Source: Oopsacas minuta
Lineage: Eukaryota > Animalia > Porifera
NCBI GenBank assembly: GCA_024704765.1
Contig: JAKMXF010000339.1
Coordinates: 62,001 to 126,000, forward strand
Length of the DNA: 64,000 nt
Direction of reading: 5' to 3'
Shown: in pieces, positions 63,690 through 64,000 of the stretch
Layout: each line of letters opens with the position of its first letter
Numbering within the stretch: the first letter of the stretch is position 1
Translations under genes and position numbers: made by a program
Notes under the pieces: generated by a model
Told to the model about the DNA's origin: nothing
Seen by the model: the letters and a program-made list of their open reading frames with translations, nothing else
The model's database searches: none

Positions 63690-64000
63690 GAACATCTCAT
63701 TTTTTGTCATGATTCTGACCAAAAGTTAACCTATCATGGGATTAGTACGTCATCATGACTGTACCAAAAAATCCCAATTTTTCAAATTTCAAAAAATTTC
63801 AAAATTTCATTACTAACCAAAAGCGACATAGCATCTCCAGTGTCACCACAGAAAGCCATTGAATGTAATTAGGATGAAACATGGATAATAAAATCTTAAA
63901 TTTCTGCATAGTATAGACCCAAGGCACAAAGTGCTGAGGTTAACCCGTCGCATAGCGACCAAAAGCACAAACAAATTTATCTGTCTACTACAAATCTAAC
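63690..64000 (+). repeat. GNA-hairpin repeat copy (runs off the window end)
   Basis: ACGTCATCATGACTGTAC, CATGGATAATAAAAT, GGCACAAAGTGC, GCATAGCGACCAAAAGC. Confidence 0.7.

Overview
AT-rich eukaryotic (metazoan) genomic DNA; no prokaryotic features, RNA genes or CRISPR arrays can be supported. One host gene spans most of the window on the minus strand: an 8-exon PDZ+FERM gene of the FRMPD1/3/4 type, reconstructed by hand as join(complement 59163-59218, 58813-59089, 47464-47694, 36349-36496, 29991-30196, 18398-18649, 3473-3672, 3115-3193). All introns are GT-AG and phase-compatible; the CDS is 1449 nt (482 aa). Five introns of 6-15 kb are packed with DNA transposons: many hAT elements, mariner DD34D, Tc1-like DD37E and DD41D, pogo-like MITEs, a nearly intact Chapaev3, and a Mutator-like long-TIR element carrying exon-like cargo. 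A dispersed ~680-bp repeat is rich in C-GNA-G triloop hairpins. The most notable item is a full-length but inactivated RAG1-like/Transib transposon (30264-34746). It has CACAGTG (RSS heptamer) at both ends, a perfect 5-bp TSD (AGGGG), a RAG1 nonamer-binding-domain-like region and a DDE triad. A shared GGAATAGG block lies 11 bp from one heptamer and 21 bp from the other. Two more RAG1-like fragments occur at ~42.5 kb and ~57.2-57.9 kb. No RAG2-like gene was seen. Family assignments rest on motif recognition from memory; no database searches were run.
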